Numbered from the stretch's first letter, positions 13,601-29,460 are shown. The stretch: DNA of 64,000 nt from Bugula neritina (GCA_964035545.1 OZ037770.1:7048729-7112728), one strand, 5' to 3'. Notes: a model not told the origin generated them from the sequence alone. Made by a program: numbers and translations.

Positions 13601-16600
13601 TTGCAGTATATTTCACTGTGTTACAGTGTATTTCAATATGTTACAGTGTAATTTAGTATATTGCAGTATGTTGCAGCGTATTTCAGTATGTTGCAGTGTT
13701 TTTCAGTATGTTGCAGTATCTTGCATTATATTTCAGTATGTTGCAGTTTATTTCAGTATGTTGCATATGATTCAGTATGTTACAGTATGTTTTAGTATTT
13801 TGCAGTATATTTCACTGTGTTACAGTGTATTTCAATATGTTACAGTGTAATTTAGTATATTGCAGTATGTTGCAGCGTATTTCAGTATGTTGCAGTGTTT
13901 TTCAGTATGTTGCAGTATCTTGCATTATATTTCAGTATGTTGCAGTATATTTTGGTATGTTGCTTATGTTTCAGTATGTTACAGTATGTTTCAGTATTTT
14001 GCAGTATATTTCACTGTGTTACACTGTATTTCTATATTTTACAGTGTTTATCAGTAGGTTGCAGTATGTTGCAGTATGTTGCTGTGTATTTCATTATGTC
14101 ACACTGTATTTTAGTATGTTGCAGTATATTGCATTATATGTCAGTATATGGCAGTATATTTTAGTATGTTGCTTATGTTTCAGTATGTTACAGTATGTTT
14201 TAGTATTTTGCAGTATATTTCACTGTGTTACAGTGTATTTCAATATTTTACAGTGTTTTTCAGTAGGTTGCAGTATGTTGCAGTATACTTCAGTATATTT
14301 CAGTATGTTGCTTATGTTTCAGTATGTTACAGTACATTTTAGTATTCTGCAGTATATTTCACTGTGTTACAGTGTATTTCAATATGTTACAGTGTAATTC
14401 AGTATATTGCAGTATGTTGCAGCGTATTTCAGTATGTTGCAGTGTATTTCAGTATGTTGCAGTATCTTGCATTATATTTCAGTATGTTGCAGTTTATTTC
14501 AGTATGTTGCATATGATTCAGTATGTTACAGTATGCTTTAGTATTTTGCAGTATATTTCACTGTGTTACAGTGTATTTCAATATTTTACAGTGTCTTTCA
14601 GTAGGTTGCAGTATGTTGCAGTGTATTTCAGTATGAAACAGTGTATTTCAGTATGTTGCAGTATCTTGAATTATATTTCAATATGTTGCAGTATATTTCA
14701 GTATATTACCGTATATTTAGGTATTTTGCAGTATATTCCAATGTGTTCCAGTGTGTGTCAGTATGTTACAGTGCATTTCAGTATGTTGCAGCATGTTGCA
14801 GTATATTTCAGTATGTTGCAGGATATTTCAGTGTGTTGCAGTATATTTCTATGTGTTGCAGGGTAATTAAAAATGTTCCAGTGTATTTCAGTATCTTGCA
14901 GTATGTTGCAGTGTATTTCAGTATGTTACAGTGTATTTCAGTATGTTGCAGTATCTTGCAGTATATTTCAGTATATTGCAGTATATTTTAGTATGCTGCT
15001 TATGTTTCAGTATGTTACAGTATCTTTTAGTATTTTGCAGTATATTTTACTGTGTTACAGTGTATTTCAATATTTTATAGTGTTTTTCAGTAGGTTGCAG
15101 TATGTTGCAGTATGTTGCTGTGTATTTCATTATGTCACACTGTATTTTAGTATGTTGCAGTATATTGCATTATATGTCAGTATATGGCAGTATATTTTAG
15201 TATGTTGCTTATGTTTCAGTATGTTACAGTATGTTTTAGTATTTTGCAGTATATTTCACTGTGTTACAGTGCATTTCAATATTTTACAGTGTTTTTCAGT
15301 GTATTTCAGTATGTTGCAGTTTCTTGCGTTATATTTCAATATGTTGCAGTATATTTCAATGCGTTGCAGGGTATTTCAATATGTTACAGTATATTTCATT
15401 CTTTTACAGTGTTTTTCAGTAGGTTGCAGTATTCTGCAGTATGTCACAGTGTCTTTCAGTATGTTACAGTGTATTTCATTATGTTGCAGTATGTTACAGT
15501 ACATTTTCGCATATTACACTATACTTCAGCGACTTGTGGTGTCTCTCAGTACGCTACAGCGTAATTCAGTATGTTGCAGCAATTTTCAATGTGTTACAGT
15601 ATATTTCAGTATATTACCGTATATTCAGGTATTTCGCAGTGTAATCCAATGTGTTGCAGTGTGTTTCAGTATGTTACAGTGCGTTTGAGTATGTTGCAGT
15701 ATGTTGCAGTAGATTTCAGTATGTTGCAGTATACTTATGTGTGTTGCAGTATATTCCAGTGTGTTGCAGGTTCTTTCAATGTGTTGCAGGGTATTTCGAT
15801 ATGTTACAGTGTATGTCAGTATGTTGCAGTATGTTGCCGATTGTTTCAGTGTGTTGCAGTATATTTCACTGTGTTACAGTGTATTTCAATATGTTGCAGT
15901 GTTTTTCAGTATGTTGCAGTATCTTCCAGGATATTTTGGTATGTTGCAGTATATTTCAGTATGTTGCATATGATTCAGTATGTTACAGTATGTTTTAGTA
16001 TGTTGCAGTATATTCCAATGTGTTACAGTATATTTCAGTATATTATCGTATATTGAGGTATTTTGCAGTATATTCCAATGTGTTGCAGTGTGTTTCAGTA
16101 TGTTACAGTGCATTTCTGTATGTTGCAGTATGTTGCAGTAGATTTCAGTATGTTGCACTATATTTCAGTGTGTTGCAGTATAATTCAGTGTGTTGCAGTA
16201 TATTTCAGTGTGTTGCAGTATATTTCAATGTGTTTCAGGGTATTTCAATATGTTACAGTGTATTTCAATATTTTACAGTGCTTCTTAGTTGGTTGCAGTA
16301 TGTTGCAGTATGTTGCAGTGTATTTCAGTATGTCACAGTGTATTTCACTATGTTGCAGTATGTTACAGTACATTTTCGCATATTACACTATACTTCAGCA
16401 ATGTGGTGTCTCTCAGTATGCTACAGCGTAATTCAGTATGTTGCAGTATTTTTCAATGTGTTACAGTATATTTCAGTATATTACCGTATATTGAGGTATT
16501 TTGCAGTATATTCCAATGTGTTGCAGTGTGTTTCAGTATGTTACAGTGTATTTCAGTATGTTGCAGTATGCTGCAGTGTATTTCAGTCTGTTGCCGTATA

Positions 16601-19600
16601 ATTCAGTGTGTTGCGGTATATTTCAATGTGTTGCAAGGTATTTCAATATGTACAGTGTATTTCAAGTTTTTACAGTGTTTTTTAGTAGGTTGCAGTATGT
16701 TGCAGTATGCCACAGTGTGTTTCAGTATGTTGCAGTTTCTTGCGTTATATTTCAATATGTTGCAGTATATTTCAATGTGTTGCAGGGTATTTCAATATGT
16801 TACAGTGTATTTCAAGTTTTTACAGTGTTTTTCAGTAGGTTGCAGTATGTTGCAGTATGTTGCTGTGCATTTCATTATGTCACAGTGTATTTTAGTATGT
16901 TGCAGTATATTGCATTATATGTCAGTTTATGACAGTATACTTTTGTATGTTGCTTATGTTTCAGTATGTTACACTATGTTTTAGTGTTTTGCAGTATATT
17001 TCACTGTGTTACAGTGTATTTCAATATTTTACAGTGTTTTTCAGTAGGTTGCAGTATCTTGCAGTATACTTCGGTATATTTCAGTATGTTGCTTATGTTT
17101 CAGTATGTTACAGTATGTTTTAGTATTTTGCAGTATATTTCACTGTGTTACAGTGTATTTCAATATGTTACAGTGTAATTTAGTATATTGCAGTATGTTG
17201 CAGCGTATTTCAGTATGTTGCAGTATTTTTCAGTATGTTGCAGTATCTGGCATTATATTTCAGTATGTTGCAGTTTATTTCAGTATGTTGCATATGATTC
17301 AGTAGGTTACAATATGTTTTAGTATTTTGCAGTATATTTCACTGTGTTACAGTGTATTTCAATATTTTACAGTGTCTTTCAGTAGGTTCCAGTATGTTGC
17401 AGTGTATTTCAGTATGAAACAGTGTATTTCAGTATGTTGCAGTATCTTGAACTATATTTCAATATGTTGCAGTATATTTCAGTATATTACCGTATATTTA
17501 GGTATTTTGCAGTATATTCCAATGTGTTCCAGTGTGTGTCAGTATGTTACAGTGCATTTCAGTATGTTGCAGCATGTTGCAGTATATTTCAGTATGTTGC
17601 AGGATATTTCAGTGTGTTGCAGTATATTTCAATGTGTTGCAGGGTAATTAAAAATGTTCCAGTGTATTTCAGTATCTTGCAGTATGTTGCAGTGTATTTC
17701 AGTATGTTACAGTGTATTTCAGTATGTTGCAGTATCTTGCAGTATATTTCAGTATATTGCAGTATATTTTAGTATGCTGCTTATGTTTCAGTATGTTACA
17801 GTATCTTTTAGTATTTTGCAGTATATTTCACTGTGTTACAGTGTATTTCAATATTTTATAGTGTTTTTCAGTAGGTTGCAGTATGTTGCAGTATGTTGCT
17901 GTGTATTTCATTATGTCACACTGTATTTTAGTATGTTGCAGTATATTGCATTATATGTCAGTATATGGCAGTATATTTTAGTATGTTGCTTATGTTTCAG
18001 TATGTTACAGTATGTTTTAGTATTTTGCAGTATATTTCACTGTGTTACAGTGCATTTCAATATTTTACAGTGTTTTTCAGTGTATTTCAGTATGTTGCAG
18101 TTTCTTGCGTTATATTTCAATATGTTGCAGTATATTTCAATGCGTTGCAGGGTATTTCAATATGTTACAGTATATTTCATTCTTTTACAGTGTTTTTCAG
18201 TAGGTTGCAGTATTCTGCAGTATGTCACAGTGTCTTTCAGTATGTTACAGTGTATTTCATTATGTTGCAGTATGTTACAGTACATTTTCGCATATTACAC
18301 TATACTTCAGCGACTTGTGGTGTCTCTCAGTACGCTACAGCGTAATTCAGTATGTTGCAGCAATTTTCAATGTGTTACAGTATATTTCAGTATATTACCG
18401 TATATTCAGGTATTTCGCAGTGTAATCCAATGTGTTGCAGTGTGTTTCAGTATGTTACAGTGCGTTTGAGTATGTTGCAGTATGTTGCAGTAGATTTCAG
18501 TATGTTGCAGTATACTTATGTGTGTTGCAGTATATTCCAGTGTGTTGCAGGTTCTTTCAATGTGTTGCAGGGTATTTCGATATGTTACAGTGTATGTCAG
18601 TATGTTGCAGTATGTTGCCGATTGTTTCAGTGTGTTGCAGTATATTTCACTGTGTTACAGTGTATTTCAATATGTTGCAGTGTTTTTCAGTATGTTGCAG
18701 TATCTTCCAGGATATTTTGGTATGTTGCAGTATATTTCAGTATGTTGCATATGATTCAGTATGTTACAGTATGTTTTAGTATGTTGCAGTATATTCCAAT
18801 GTGTTACAGTATATTTCAGTATATTATCGTATATTGAGGTATTTTGCAGTATATTCCAATGTGTTGCAGTGTGTTTCAGTATGTTACAGTGCATTTCTGT
18901 ATGTTGCAGTATGTTGCAGTAGATTTCAGTATGTTGCACTATATTTCAGTGTGTTGCAGTATAATTCAGTGTGTTGCAGTATATTTCAGTGTGTTGCAGT
19001 ATATTTCAATGTGTTTCAGGGTATTTCAATATGTTACAGTGTATTTCAATATTTTACAGTGCTTCTTAGTTGGTTGCAGTATGTTGCAGTATGTTGCAGT
19101 GTATTTCAGTATGTCACAGTGTATTTCACTATGTTGCAGTATGTTACAGTACATTTTCGCATATTACACTATACTTCAGCAATGTGGTGTCTCTCAGTAT
19201 GCTACAGCGTAATTCAGTATGTTGCAGTATTTTTCAATGTGTTACAGTATATTTCAGTATATTACCGTATATTGAGGTATTTTGCAGTATATTCCAATGT
19301 GTTGCAGTGTGTTTCAGTATGTTACAGTGTATTTCAGTATGTTGCAGTATGCTGCAGTGTATTTCAGTCTGTTGCCGTATAATTCAGTGTGTTGCGGTAT
19401 ATTTCAATGTGTTGCAAGGTATTTCAATATGTACAGTGTATTTCAAGTTTTTACAGTGTTTTTTAGTAGGTTGCAGTATGTTGCAGTATGCCACAGTGTG
19501 TTTCAGTATGTTGCAGTTTCTTGCGTTATATTTCAATATGTTGCAGTATATTTCAATGTGTTGCAGGGTATTTCAATATGTTACAGTGTATTTCAAGTTT

Positions 19601-22600
19601 TTACAGTGTTTTTCAGTAGGTTGCAGTATGTTGCAGTATGTTGCTGTGCATTTCATTATGTCACAGTGTATTTTAGTATGTTGCAGTATATTGCATTATA
19701 TGTCAGTTTATGACAGTATACTTTTGTATGTTGCTTATGTTTCAGTATGTTACACTATGTTTTAGTGTTTTGCAGTATATTTCACTGTGTTACAGTGTAT
19801 TTCAATATTTTACAGTGTTTTTCAGTAGGTTGCAGTATCTTGCAGTATACTTCGGTATATTTCAGTATGTTGCTTATGTTTCAGTATGTTACAGTATGTT
19901 TTAGTATTTTGCAGTATATTTCACTGTGTTACAGTGTATTTCAATATGTTACAGTGTAATTTAGTATATTGCAGTATGTTGCAGCGTATTTCAGTATGTT
20001 GCAGTATTTTTCAGTATGTTGCAGTATCTGGCATTATATTTCAGTATGTTGCAGTTTATTTCAGTATGTTGCATATGATTCAGTAGTTTACAATATGTTT
20101 TAGTATTTTGCAGTATATTTCACTGTGTTACAGTGTATTTCAATATTTTACAGTGTCTTTCAGTAGGTTCCAGTATGTTGCAGTGTATTTCAGTATGAAA
20201 CAGTGTATTTCAGTATGTTGCAGTATCTTGAACTATATTTCAATATGTTGCAGTATATTTCAGTATATTACCGTATATTTAGGTATTTTGCAGTATATTC
20301 CAATGTGTTCCAGTGTGTGTCAGTATGTTACAGTGCATTTCAGTATGTTGCAGCATGTTGCAGTATATTTCAGTATGTTGCAGGATATTTCAGTGTGTTG
20401 CAGTATATTTCAATGTGTTGCAGGGTAATTAAAAATGTTCCAGTGTATTTCAGTATCTTGCAGTATGTTGCAGTGTATTTCAGTATGTTACAGTGTATTT
20501 CAGTATGTTGCAGTATCTTGCAGTATATTTCAGTATATTGCAGTATATTTTAGTATGCTGCTTATGTTTCAGTATGTTACAGTATCTTTTAGTATTTTGC
20601 AGTATATTTCACTGTGTTACAGTGTATTTCAATATTTTATAGTGTTTTTCAGTAGGTTGCAGTATGTTGCGGTATGTTGCAGCATACTTCAGTATGTTGC
20701 AGTATATTTCGCTGTGTTGTAGCATATTTCAGTCTGTTGCAGTATGTTTCAATGTGTTGCAGGGTATTTCGATATGTTACAGTGAACATCAGTATGTTGC
20801 AGTATATTTCAGTATGTTGCTCATGTTTCAGTGTGTTACAGTATGTCTTAGTATTTTGCAGTATATTTCACTGTGTTACACTGTATTTCTATATTTTACA
20901 GTGTTTATCAGTAGGTTGCAGTATGTTGCAGTATGTTGCTGTGTATTTCATTATGTCACACTGTATTTTAGTATGTTGCAGTATATTGCATTATATGTCA
21001 GTATATGGCAGTATATTTTAGTATGTTGCTTATGTTTCAGTATGTTACAGTATGTTTTAGTATTTTGCAGTATATTTCACTGTGTTACAGTGTATTTCAA
21101 TATTTTACAGTGTTTTTCAGTGTATTTCAGTATGTTGCAGTTTCTTGCGTTATATTTCAATATGTTCCAGTATATTTCAATGCGTTGCAGGGTATTTCAA
21201 TATGTTACAGTATATTTCATTCTTTTACAGTGTTTTTCAGTAGGTTGCAGTATTCTGCAGTATGTCACAGTGTATTTCAGTATGTTACAGTGTATTTCAT
21301 TATGTTGCAGTATGTTACAGTACATTTTCGCATATTACACTATACTTCAGCGACTTGTGGTGTCTCTCAGTACGCTACAGCGTAATTCAGTATGTTGCAG
21401 CAATTTTCAATGTGTTACAGTATATTTCAGTATATTACCGTATATTCAGGTATTTCGCAGTGTAATCCAATGTGTTGCAGTGTGTTTCAGTATGTTACAG
21501 TGCGTTTGAGTATGTTGCAGTATGTTGCCGATTGTTTCAGTGTGTTGCAGTATATTTCACTGTGTTACAGTGTATTTCAATATGTCACAGTGTATTTCAG
21601 TATGTTGCAGTATGTTACAGTACATTTTCGCCTATTACACTATACTTCAGCAATGTGGTGTCTCTCAGTATGCTACAGCGTAATTCAGTATGTTGCAGTA
21701 TTTTTCAATGTGTTGCAGTATATTGCATTATATGTCAGTATATGGCAGTATATTTTAGTATGTTGCTTATGTTTCAGTATGTTACAGTATGTTTTAGTAT
21801 TTTGCAGTATATTTCACTGTGTTACAGTGTATTTCAATATTTTACAGTGTTTTTCAGTGTATTTCAGTATGTTGCAGTTTCTTGCGTTATATTTCAATAT
21901 GTTGCAGTATATTTCAATGCGTTGCAGGGTATTTCAATATGTTACAGTATATTTCATTCTTTTACAGTGTTTTTCAGTAGGTTGCAGTATTCTGCAGTAT
22001 GTCACAGTGTATTTCAGTATGTTACAGTGTATTTCATTATGTTGCAGTATGTTACAGTACATTTTCGCATATTACACCATACTTCAGCGACTTGTGGTGT
22101 CTCTCAGTACGCTACAGCGTAATTCAGTATGTTGCAGCAATTTTCAATGTGTTACAGTATATTTCAGTATATTACCGTATATTCAGGTATTTCGCAGTGT
22201 AATCCAATGTGTTGCAGTGTGTTTCAGTATGTTACAGTGCGTTTGAGTATGTTGCAGTATGTTGCAGTAGATTTCAGTATGTTGCAGTATACTTATGTGT
22301 GTTGCAGTATATTCCAGTGTGTTGCAGGTTCTTTCAGTGTGTTGCAGGGTATTTCGATATGTTACAGTGTATGTCAGTATGTTGCAGTATGTTGCCGATT
22401 GTTTCAGTGTGTTGCAGTATATTTCACTGTGTTACAGTGTATTTCAATATGTTGCAGTGTTTTTCAGTATGTTGCAGTATCTTCCAGGATATTTTGGTAT
22501 GTTGCAGTATATTTCAGTATGTTGCATATGATTCAGTATGTTACAGTATGTTTTAGTATGTTGCAGTATATTCCAATGTGTTACAGTATATTTCAGTATA

Positions 22601-25600
22601 TTATCGTATATTGAGGTATTTTGCAGTATATTCCAATGTGTTGCAGTGTGTTTCAGTATGTTACAGTGCATTTCTGTATGTTGCAGTATGTTGCAGTAGA
22701 TTTCAGTATGTTGCACTATATTTCAGTGTGTTGCAGTATAATTCAGTGTGTTGCAGTATATTTCAGTGTGTTGCAGTATATTTCAATGTGTTTCAGGGTA
22801 ATTAAAAATGTTCCAGTGTATTTCAGTATCTTGCAGTATGTTGCAGTGTATTTCAGTATGTTACAGTGTATTTCAGTATGTTGCAGTATCTTGCAGTATA
22901 TTTCAATATATTGCAGTATATTTTAGTATGTTGCTTATGTTTCAGTATGTTACAGTATCTTTTAGTATTTTGCAGTATAATCCAATGTGTTGCAGTGTGT
23001 TTCAGTATGTTACAGTGCATTTAAGTATGTTGCAGTATGTTTCAGTATTTTGCAGTATATTTCACTGTGTTACACTGTATTTCTATATTTTACAGTGTTT
23101 ATCAGTAGGTTGCAGTATGTTGCAGTATGTTGCTGTGTATTTCATTATGTCACACTGTATTTTAGTATGTTGCAGTATATTGCATTATATGTCAGTATAT
23201 GGCAGTATATTTTAGTATGTTGCTTATGTTTCAGTATGTTACAGTATGTTTTAGTATTTTGCAGTATATTTCACTGTGTTACAGTGTATTTCAATATTTT
23301 ACAGTGTTTTTCAGTAGGTTGCAGTATGTTGCAGTATACTTCAGTATATTTCAGTATGTTGCCTATGTTTCAGTATGTTACAGTATGTTTTAGTATTTTG
23401 CAGTATATTTCACTGTGTTACAGTGTATTTCAATATGTTACAGTGTAATTTAGTATATTGCAGTATGTTGCAGCGTATTTCAGTATGTTGCAGTGTTTTT
23501 CAGTATGTTGCAGTATCTTGCATTATATTTCAGTATGTTGCAGTTTATTTCAGTATGTTGCATATGATTCAGTATGTTACAGTATGTTTTAGTATTTTGC
23601 AGTATATTTCACTGTGTTACAGTGTATTTCAATATGTTACAGTGTAATTTAGTATATTGCAGTATGTTGCAGCGTATTTCAGTATGTTGCAGTGTTTTTC
23701 AGTATGTTGCAGTATCTTGCATTATATTTCAGTATGTTGCAGTATATTTTGGTATGTTGCTTATGTTTCAGTATGTTACAGTATGTTTCAGTATTTTGCA
23801 GTATATTTCACTGTGTTACACTGTATTTCTATATTTTACAGTGTTTATCAGTAGGTTGCAGTATGTTGCAGTATGTTGCTGTGTATTTCATTATGTCACA
23901 CTGTATTTTAGTATGTTGCAGTATATTGCATTATATGTCAGTATATGGCAGTATATTTTAGTATGTTGCTTATGTTTCAGTATGTTACAGTATGTTTTAG
24001 TATTTTGCAGTATATTTCACTGTGTTACAGTGTATTTCAATATTTTACACTGTTTTTCAGTAGGTTGCAGTATGTTGCAGTATACTTCAGTATATTTCAG
24101 TATGTTGCTTATGTTTCAGTATGTTACAGTACGTTTTAGTATTCTGCAGTATATTTCACTGTGTTACAGTGTATTTCAATATGTTACAGTGTAATTTAGT
24201 ATATTGCAGTATGTTGCAGCGTATTTCAGTATGTTGCAGTGTATTTCAGTATGTTGCAGTATCTTGCATTATATTTCAGTATGTTGCAGTTTATTTCAGT
24301 ATGTTGCATATGATTCAGTATGTTACAGTATGTTTTAGTATTTTGCAGTATATTTCACTGTGTTACTGTGTATTTCAATATTTTACAGTGTCTTTCAGTA
24401 GGTTGCAGTATGTTGCAGTGTATTTCAGTATGAAACAGTGTATTTCAGTATGTTGCAGTATCTTGAATTATATTTCAATATGTTGCAGTATATTTCAGTA
24501 TATTACCGTATATTTAGGTATTTTGCAGTATATTCCAATGTGTTCCAGTGTGTGTCAGTATGTTACAGTGCATTTCAGTATGTTGCAGCATGTTGCAGTA
24601 TATTTCAGTATGTTGCAGGATATTTCAGTGTGTTGCAGTATATTTCAATGTGTTGCAGGGTAATTAAAAATGTTCCAGTGTATTTCAGTATCTTGCAGTA
24701 TGTTGCAGTGTATTTCAGTATGTTACAGTGTATTTCAGTATGTTGCAGTATCTTGCAGTATATTTCAGTATATTGCAGTATATTTTAGTATGCTGCTTAT
24801 GTTTCAGTATGTTACAGTATCTTTTAGTATTTTGCAGTATATTTCACTGTGTTACAGTGTATTTCAATATTTTATAGTGTTTTTCAGTAGGTTGCAGTAT
24901 GTTGCGGTATGTTGCAGCATACTTCAGTATGTTGCAGTATATTTCGCTGTGTTGCAGCATATTTCAGTCTGTTGCAGTATGTTTCAATGTGTTGCAGGGT
25001 ATTTCGATATGTTACAGTGAACTTCAGTATGTTGCAGTATATTTCAGTATGTTGCTCATGTTTCAGTGTGTTACAGTATGTCTTAGTATTTTGCAGTATA
25101 TTTCACTGTGTTACACTGTATTTCTATATTTTACAGTGTTTATCAGTAGGTTGCAGTATGTTGCAGTATGTTGCTGTGTATTTCATTATGTCACACTGTA
25201 TTTTAGTATGTTGCAGTATATTGCATTATATGTCAGTATATGGCAGTATATTTTAGTATGTTGCTTATGTTTCAGTATGTTACAGTATGTTTTAGTATTT
25301 TGCAGTATATTTCACTGTGTTACAGTGTATTTCAATATTTTACAGTGTTTTTCAGTAGGTTGCAGTATGTTGCAGTATACTTCAGTATATTTCAGTATGT
25401 TGTTTATGTTTCAGTATGTTACAGTATGTTTTAGTATTTTGCAGTATATTTCACTGTGTTACAGTGTATTTCAATATGTTACAGTGTAATTTAGTATATT
25501 GCAGTATGTTGCAGCGTATTTCAGTATGTTGCAGTGTTTTGCAGTATGTTGCAGTATCTTGCATTATATTTCAGTATGTTGCAGTTTATTTCAGTATGTT

Positions 25601-28600
25601 GCATATGATTCAGTATGTTACAGTATGTTTTAGTATTTTGCAGTATATTTCACTGTGTTACAGTGTATTTCAATATGCTACAGTGTAATTTAGTATATTG
25701 CAGTATGTTGCGGCGTATTTCAGTATGTTGCAGTGTTTTTCAGTATGTTGCAGTATCTTGCATTATATTTCAGTATGTTGCAGTATATTTTGGTATGTTG
25801 CTTATGTTTCAGTATGTTACAGTATGTTTCGGTATTTTGCAGTATATTTCACTGTGTTACACTGTATTTCTATATTTTACAGTGTTTATCAGTAGGTTGC
25901 AGTATGTTGCAGTATGTTGCTGTGTATTTCATTATGTCACACTGTATTTTAGTATGTTGCAGTATATTGCATTATATGTCAGTATATGGCAGTATATTTT
26001 AGTATGTTGCTTATGTTTCAGTATGTTACAGTATGTTTTAGTATTTTGCAGTATATTTCACTGTGTTACAGTGTATTTCAATATTTTTTCAGTGTTTTTC
26101 AGTAGGTTGCAGTATGTTGCAGTATATTTCAGTATATTTCAGTATGTTGCTTATGTTTCAGTATGTTACAGTACGTTTTAGTATTTTGCAGTATATTTCA
26201 CTGTGTTACAGTGTATTTCAATATGTTACAGTGTAATTTAGTATATTGCAGTATGTTGCAGCGTATTTCAGTATGTTGCAGTGTATTTCAGTATGTTGCA
26301 GTATCTTGCATTGTATTTCAGTATGTTGCAGTTTATTTCAGTATGTTGCATATGATTCAGTATGTTACAGTATGTTTTAGTATTTTGCAGTATATTTCAC
26401 TGTGTTACAGTGTATTTCAATATTTTACAGTGTCTTTCAGTAGGTCGCAGTATGTTGCGGTATGTTGCAGCATACTTCAGTATGTTGCAGTATATTTCGC
26501 TGTGTTGCAGCATATTTCAGTCTGTTGCAGTATGTTTCAATGTGTTGCAGGGTATTTCGATATGTTACAGTGAACTTCAGTATGTTGCAGTATATTTCAG
26601 TATGTTGCTCATGTTTCAGTGTGTTACAGTATGTCTTAGTATTTTGCAGTATATTTCACTGTGTTACACTGTATTTCTATATTTTACAGTGTTTATCAGT
26701 AGGTTGCAGTATGTTGCAGTATGTTGCTGTGTATTTCATTATGTCACACTGTATTTTAGTATGTTGCAGTATATTGCATTATATGTCAGTATATGGCAGT
26801 ATATTTTAGTATGTTGCTTATGTTTCAGTATGTTACAGTATGTTTTAGTATTTTGCAGTTTATTTCACTGTGTTACAGTGTATTTCAATATTTTACAGTG
26901 TTTTTCAGTAGGTTGCAGTATGTTGCAGTATACTTCAGTATATTTCAGTATGTTGTTTATGTTTCAGTATGTTACAGTATGTTTTAGTATTTTGCAGTAT
27001 ATTTCACTGTGTTACAGTGTATTTCAATATGTTACAGTGTAATTTAGTATATTGCAGTATGTTGCAGCGTATTTCAGTATGTTGCAGTGTTTTTCAGTAT
27101 GTTGCAGTATCTTGCATTATATTTCAGTATGTTGCAGTTTATTTCAGTATGTTGCATATGATTCAGTATGTTACAGTATGTTTTAGTATTTTGCAGTATA
27201 TTTCACTGTGTTACAGTGTATTTCAATATGTTACAGTGTAATTTAGTATATTGCAGTATGTTGCAGCGTATTTCAGTATGTTGCAGTGTTTTTCAGTATG
27301 TTGCAGTATCTTGCATTATATTTCAGTATGTTGCAGTATATTTTGGTATGTTGCTTATGTTTCAGTATGTTACAGTATGTTTCGGTATTTTGCAGTATAT
27401 TTCACTGTGTTACACTGTATTTCTATATTTTACAGTGTTTATCAGTAGGTTGCAGTATGTTGCAGTATGTTGCTGTGTATTTCATTATGTCACACTGTAT
27501 TTTAGTATGTTGCAGTATATTGCATTATATGTCAGTATATGGCAGTATATTTTAGTATGTTGCTTATGTTTCAGTATGTTACAGTATGTTTTAGTATTTT
27601 GCAGTATATTTCACTGTGTTACAGTGTATTTCAATATTTTTTCAGTGTTTTTCAGTAGGTTGCAGTATGTTGCAGTATACTTCAGTATATTTCAGTATGT
27701 TGCTTATGTTTCAGTATGTTACAGTACGTTTTAGTATTTTGCAGTATATTTCACTGTGTTACAGTGTATTTCAATATGTTACAGTGTAATTTAGTATATT
27801 GCAGTATGTTGCAGCGTATTTCAGTATGTTGCAGTGTATTTCAGTATGTTGCAGTATCTTGCATTATATTTCAGTATGTTGCAGTTTATTTCAGTATGTT
27901 GCATATGATTCAGTATGTTACAGTATGTTTTAGTATTTTGCAGTATATTTCACTGTGTTACAGTGTATTTCAATATTTTACAGTGTCTTTCAGTAGGTCG
28001 CAGTATGTTGCAGTGTATTTCAGTATGAAACAGTGTATTTCAGTATGTTGCAGTATCTTGAATTATATTTCAATATGTTGCAGTATATTTCAGTATATTA
28101 CCGTATATTTAGGTATTTTGCAGTATATTCCAATGTGTTCCAGTGTGTGTCAGTATGTTACAGTGCATTTCAGTATGTTGCAGCATGTTGCAGTATATTT
28201 CAGTATGTTGCAGGATATTTCAGTGTGTTGCAGTATATTTCAATGTGTTGCAGGGTAATTAAAAATGTTCCAGTGTATTTCAGTATCTTGCAGTATGTTG
28301 CAGTGTATTTCAGTATGTTACAGTGTATTTCAGTATGTTGCAGTATCTTGCAGTATATTTCAGTATATTGCAGTATATTTTAGTATGTTGCTTATGTTTC
28401 AGTATGTTACAGTATCTTTTAGTATTTTGCAGTATATTTCACTGTGTTACAGTGTATTTCAGTATTTTATAGTGTTTTTCAGTAGGTTGCAGTATGTTGC
28501 GGTATGTTGCAGCATACTTCAGTATGTTGCAGTATATTTCGCTGTGTTGCAGCATATTTCAGTCTGTTGCAGTATGTTTCAATGTGTTGCAGGGTATTTC

Positions 28601-29447
28601 GATATGTTACAGTGAACTTCAGTATGTTGCAGTATATTTCAGTATGTTGCTCATGTTTCAGTGTGTTACAGTATGTTTTAGTATTTTGCAGTATATTTCA
28701 CTGTGTGACAGTGTATTTCAATATTTTACAGTGTTTTTCAGTGGGTCGCAGTATGTTGCAGCATGTTGCAGTGTATTTCAGTGTGTCACAGTTTTTTTCA
28801 GTATCTTTCACTATATTGCATTATATTTCAATATGTTGCAGTATATTTCAGTATGTTGCAGTATGTTACAGTACATTTTTGTATATTACCCTATACTTCA
28901 GCGAGTTGTGGTGTTTCTTAGTATGCTACGGCGTAATTCAGTATGTTGCAGTAATTTTAAATGTGTTACAGTATATTTCAGTATATTACCGTATATTTAG
29001 GTATTTCGCAGTATAATCCAATGTGTTGCAGTGTGTTTCAGTATGTTACAGTGCATTTAAGTATGTTGCAGTATGTTGCAGTATATTTCAGTATTTTGCA
29101 GTGTACGTATGTGTGTTGCAGTATATTCCAGTGTGTTGCAGGTTATTTCAATGTGTTGCAGGGTATTTCAATATTATGTTACAGTGTATTTCAGTATGTT
29201 GCAGTATGTTGCAGTGTATTTCAGTATGTTACAGTGTATTTCAGTATGTTGCAGTATGTTACAGTGCATTTAAGTATGTTGCAGTATGTTGCAGTATATT
29301 CAGTATTTTGCAGTGTACGTATGTGTGTTGCAGGTTATTTCAATGTGTTGCAGGGTATTTCAATATTATGTTACAGTGTATTTCAGTATGTTGCAGTATG
29401 TTGCTGTGTATTTCATTATGTCACAGTGTATTTTAGTATGTTGCAGT
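7680..29447. repeat. Satellite A main array (10-bp period) with higher-order repeats
   Basis: Same unit as 1-5112. Identical or near-identical translated blocks recur at fixed offsets in the ORF track (199, 219, 737, 746, 1553, 2781, 5369, 10543 bp). Confidence 0.97.
14641..20660. repeat. ~2781-bp higher-order tandem repeat of satellite A (about 2.2 near-identical copies; boundaries approximate)
   Basis: Matching ORFs at 14641/17422/20203, 14873/17654/20435, 15571/18352, 16289/19070 and 17105/19886, all exactly 2781 bp apart. Confidence 0.9.
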
Positions 29448-29460
29448 ATCATCATCATTA

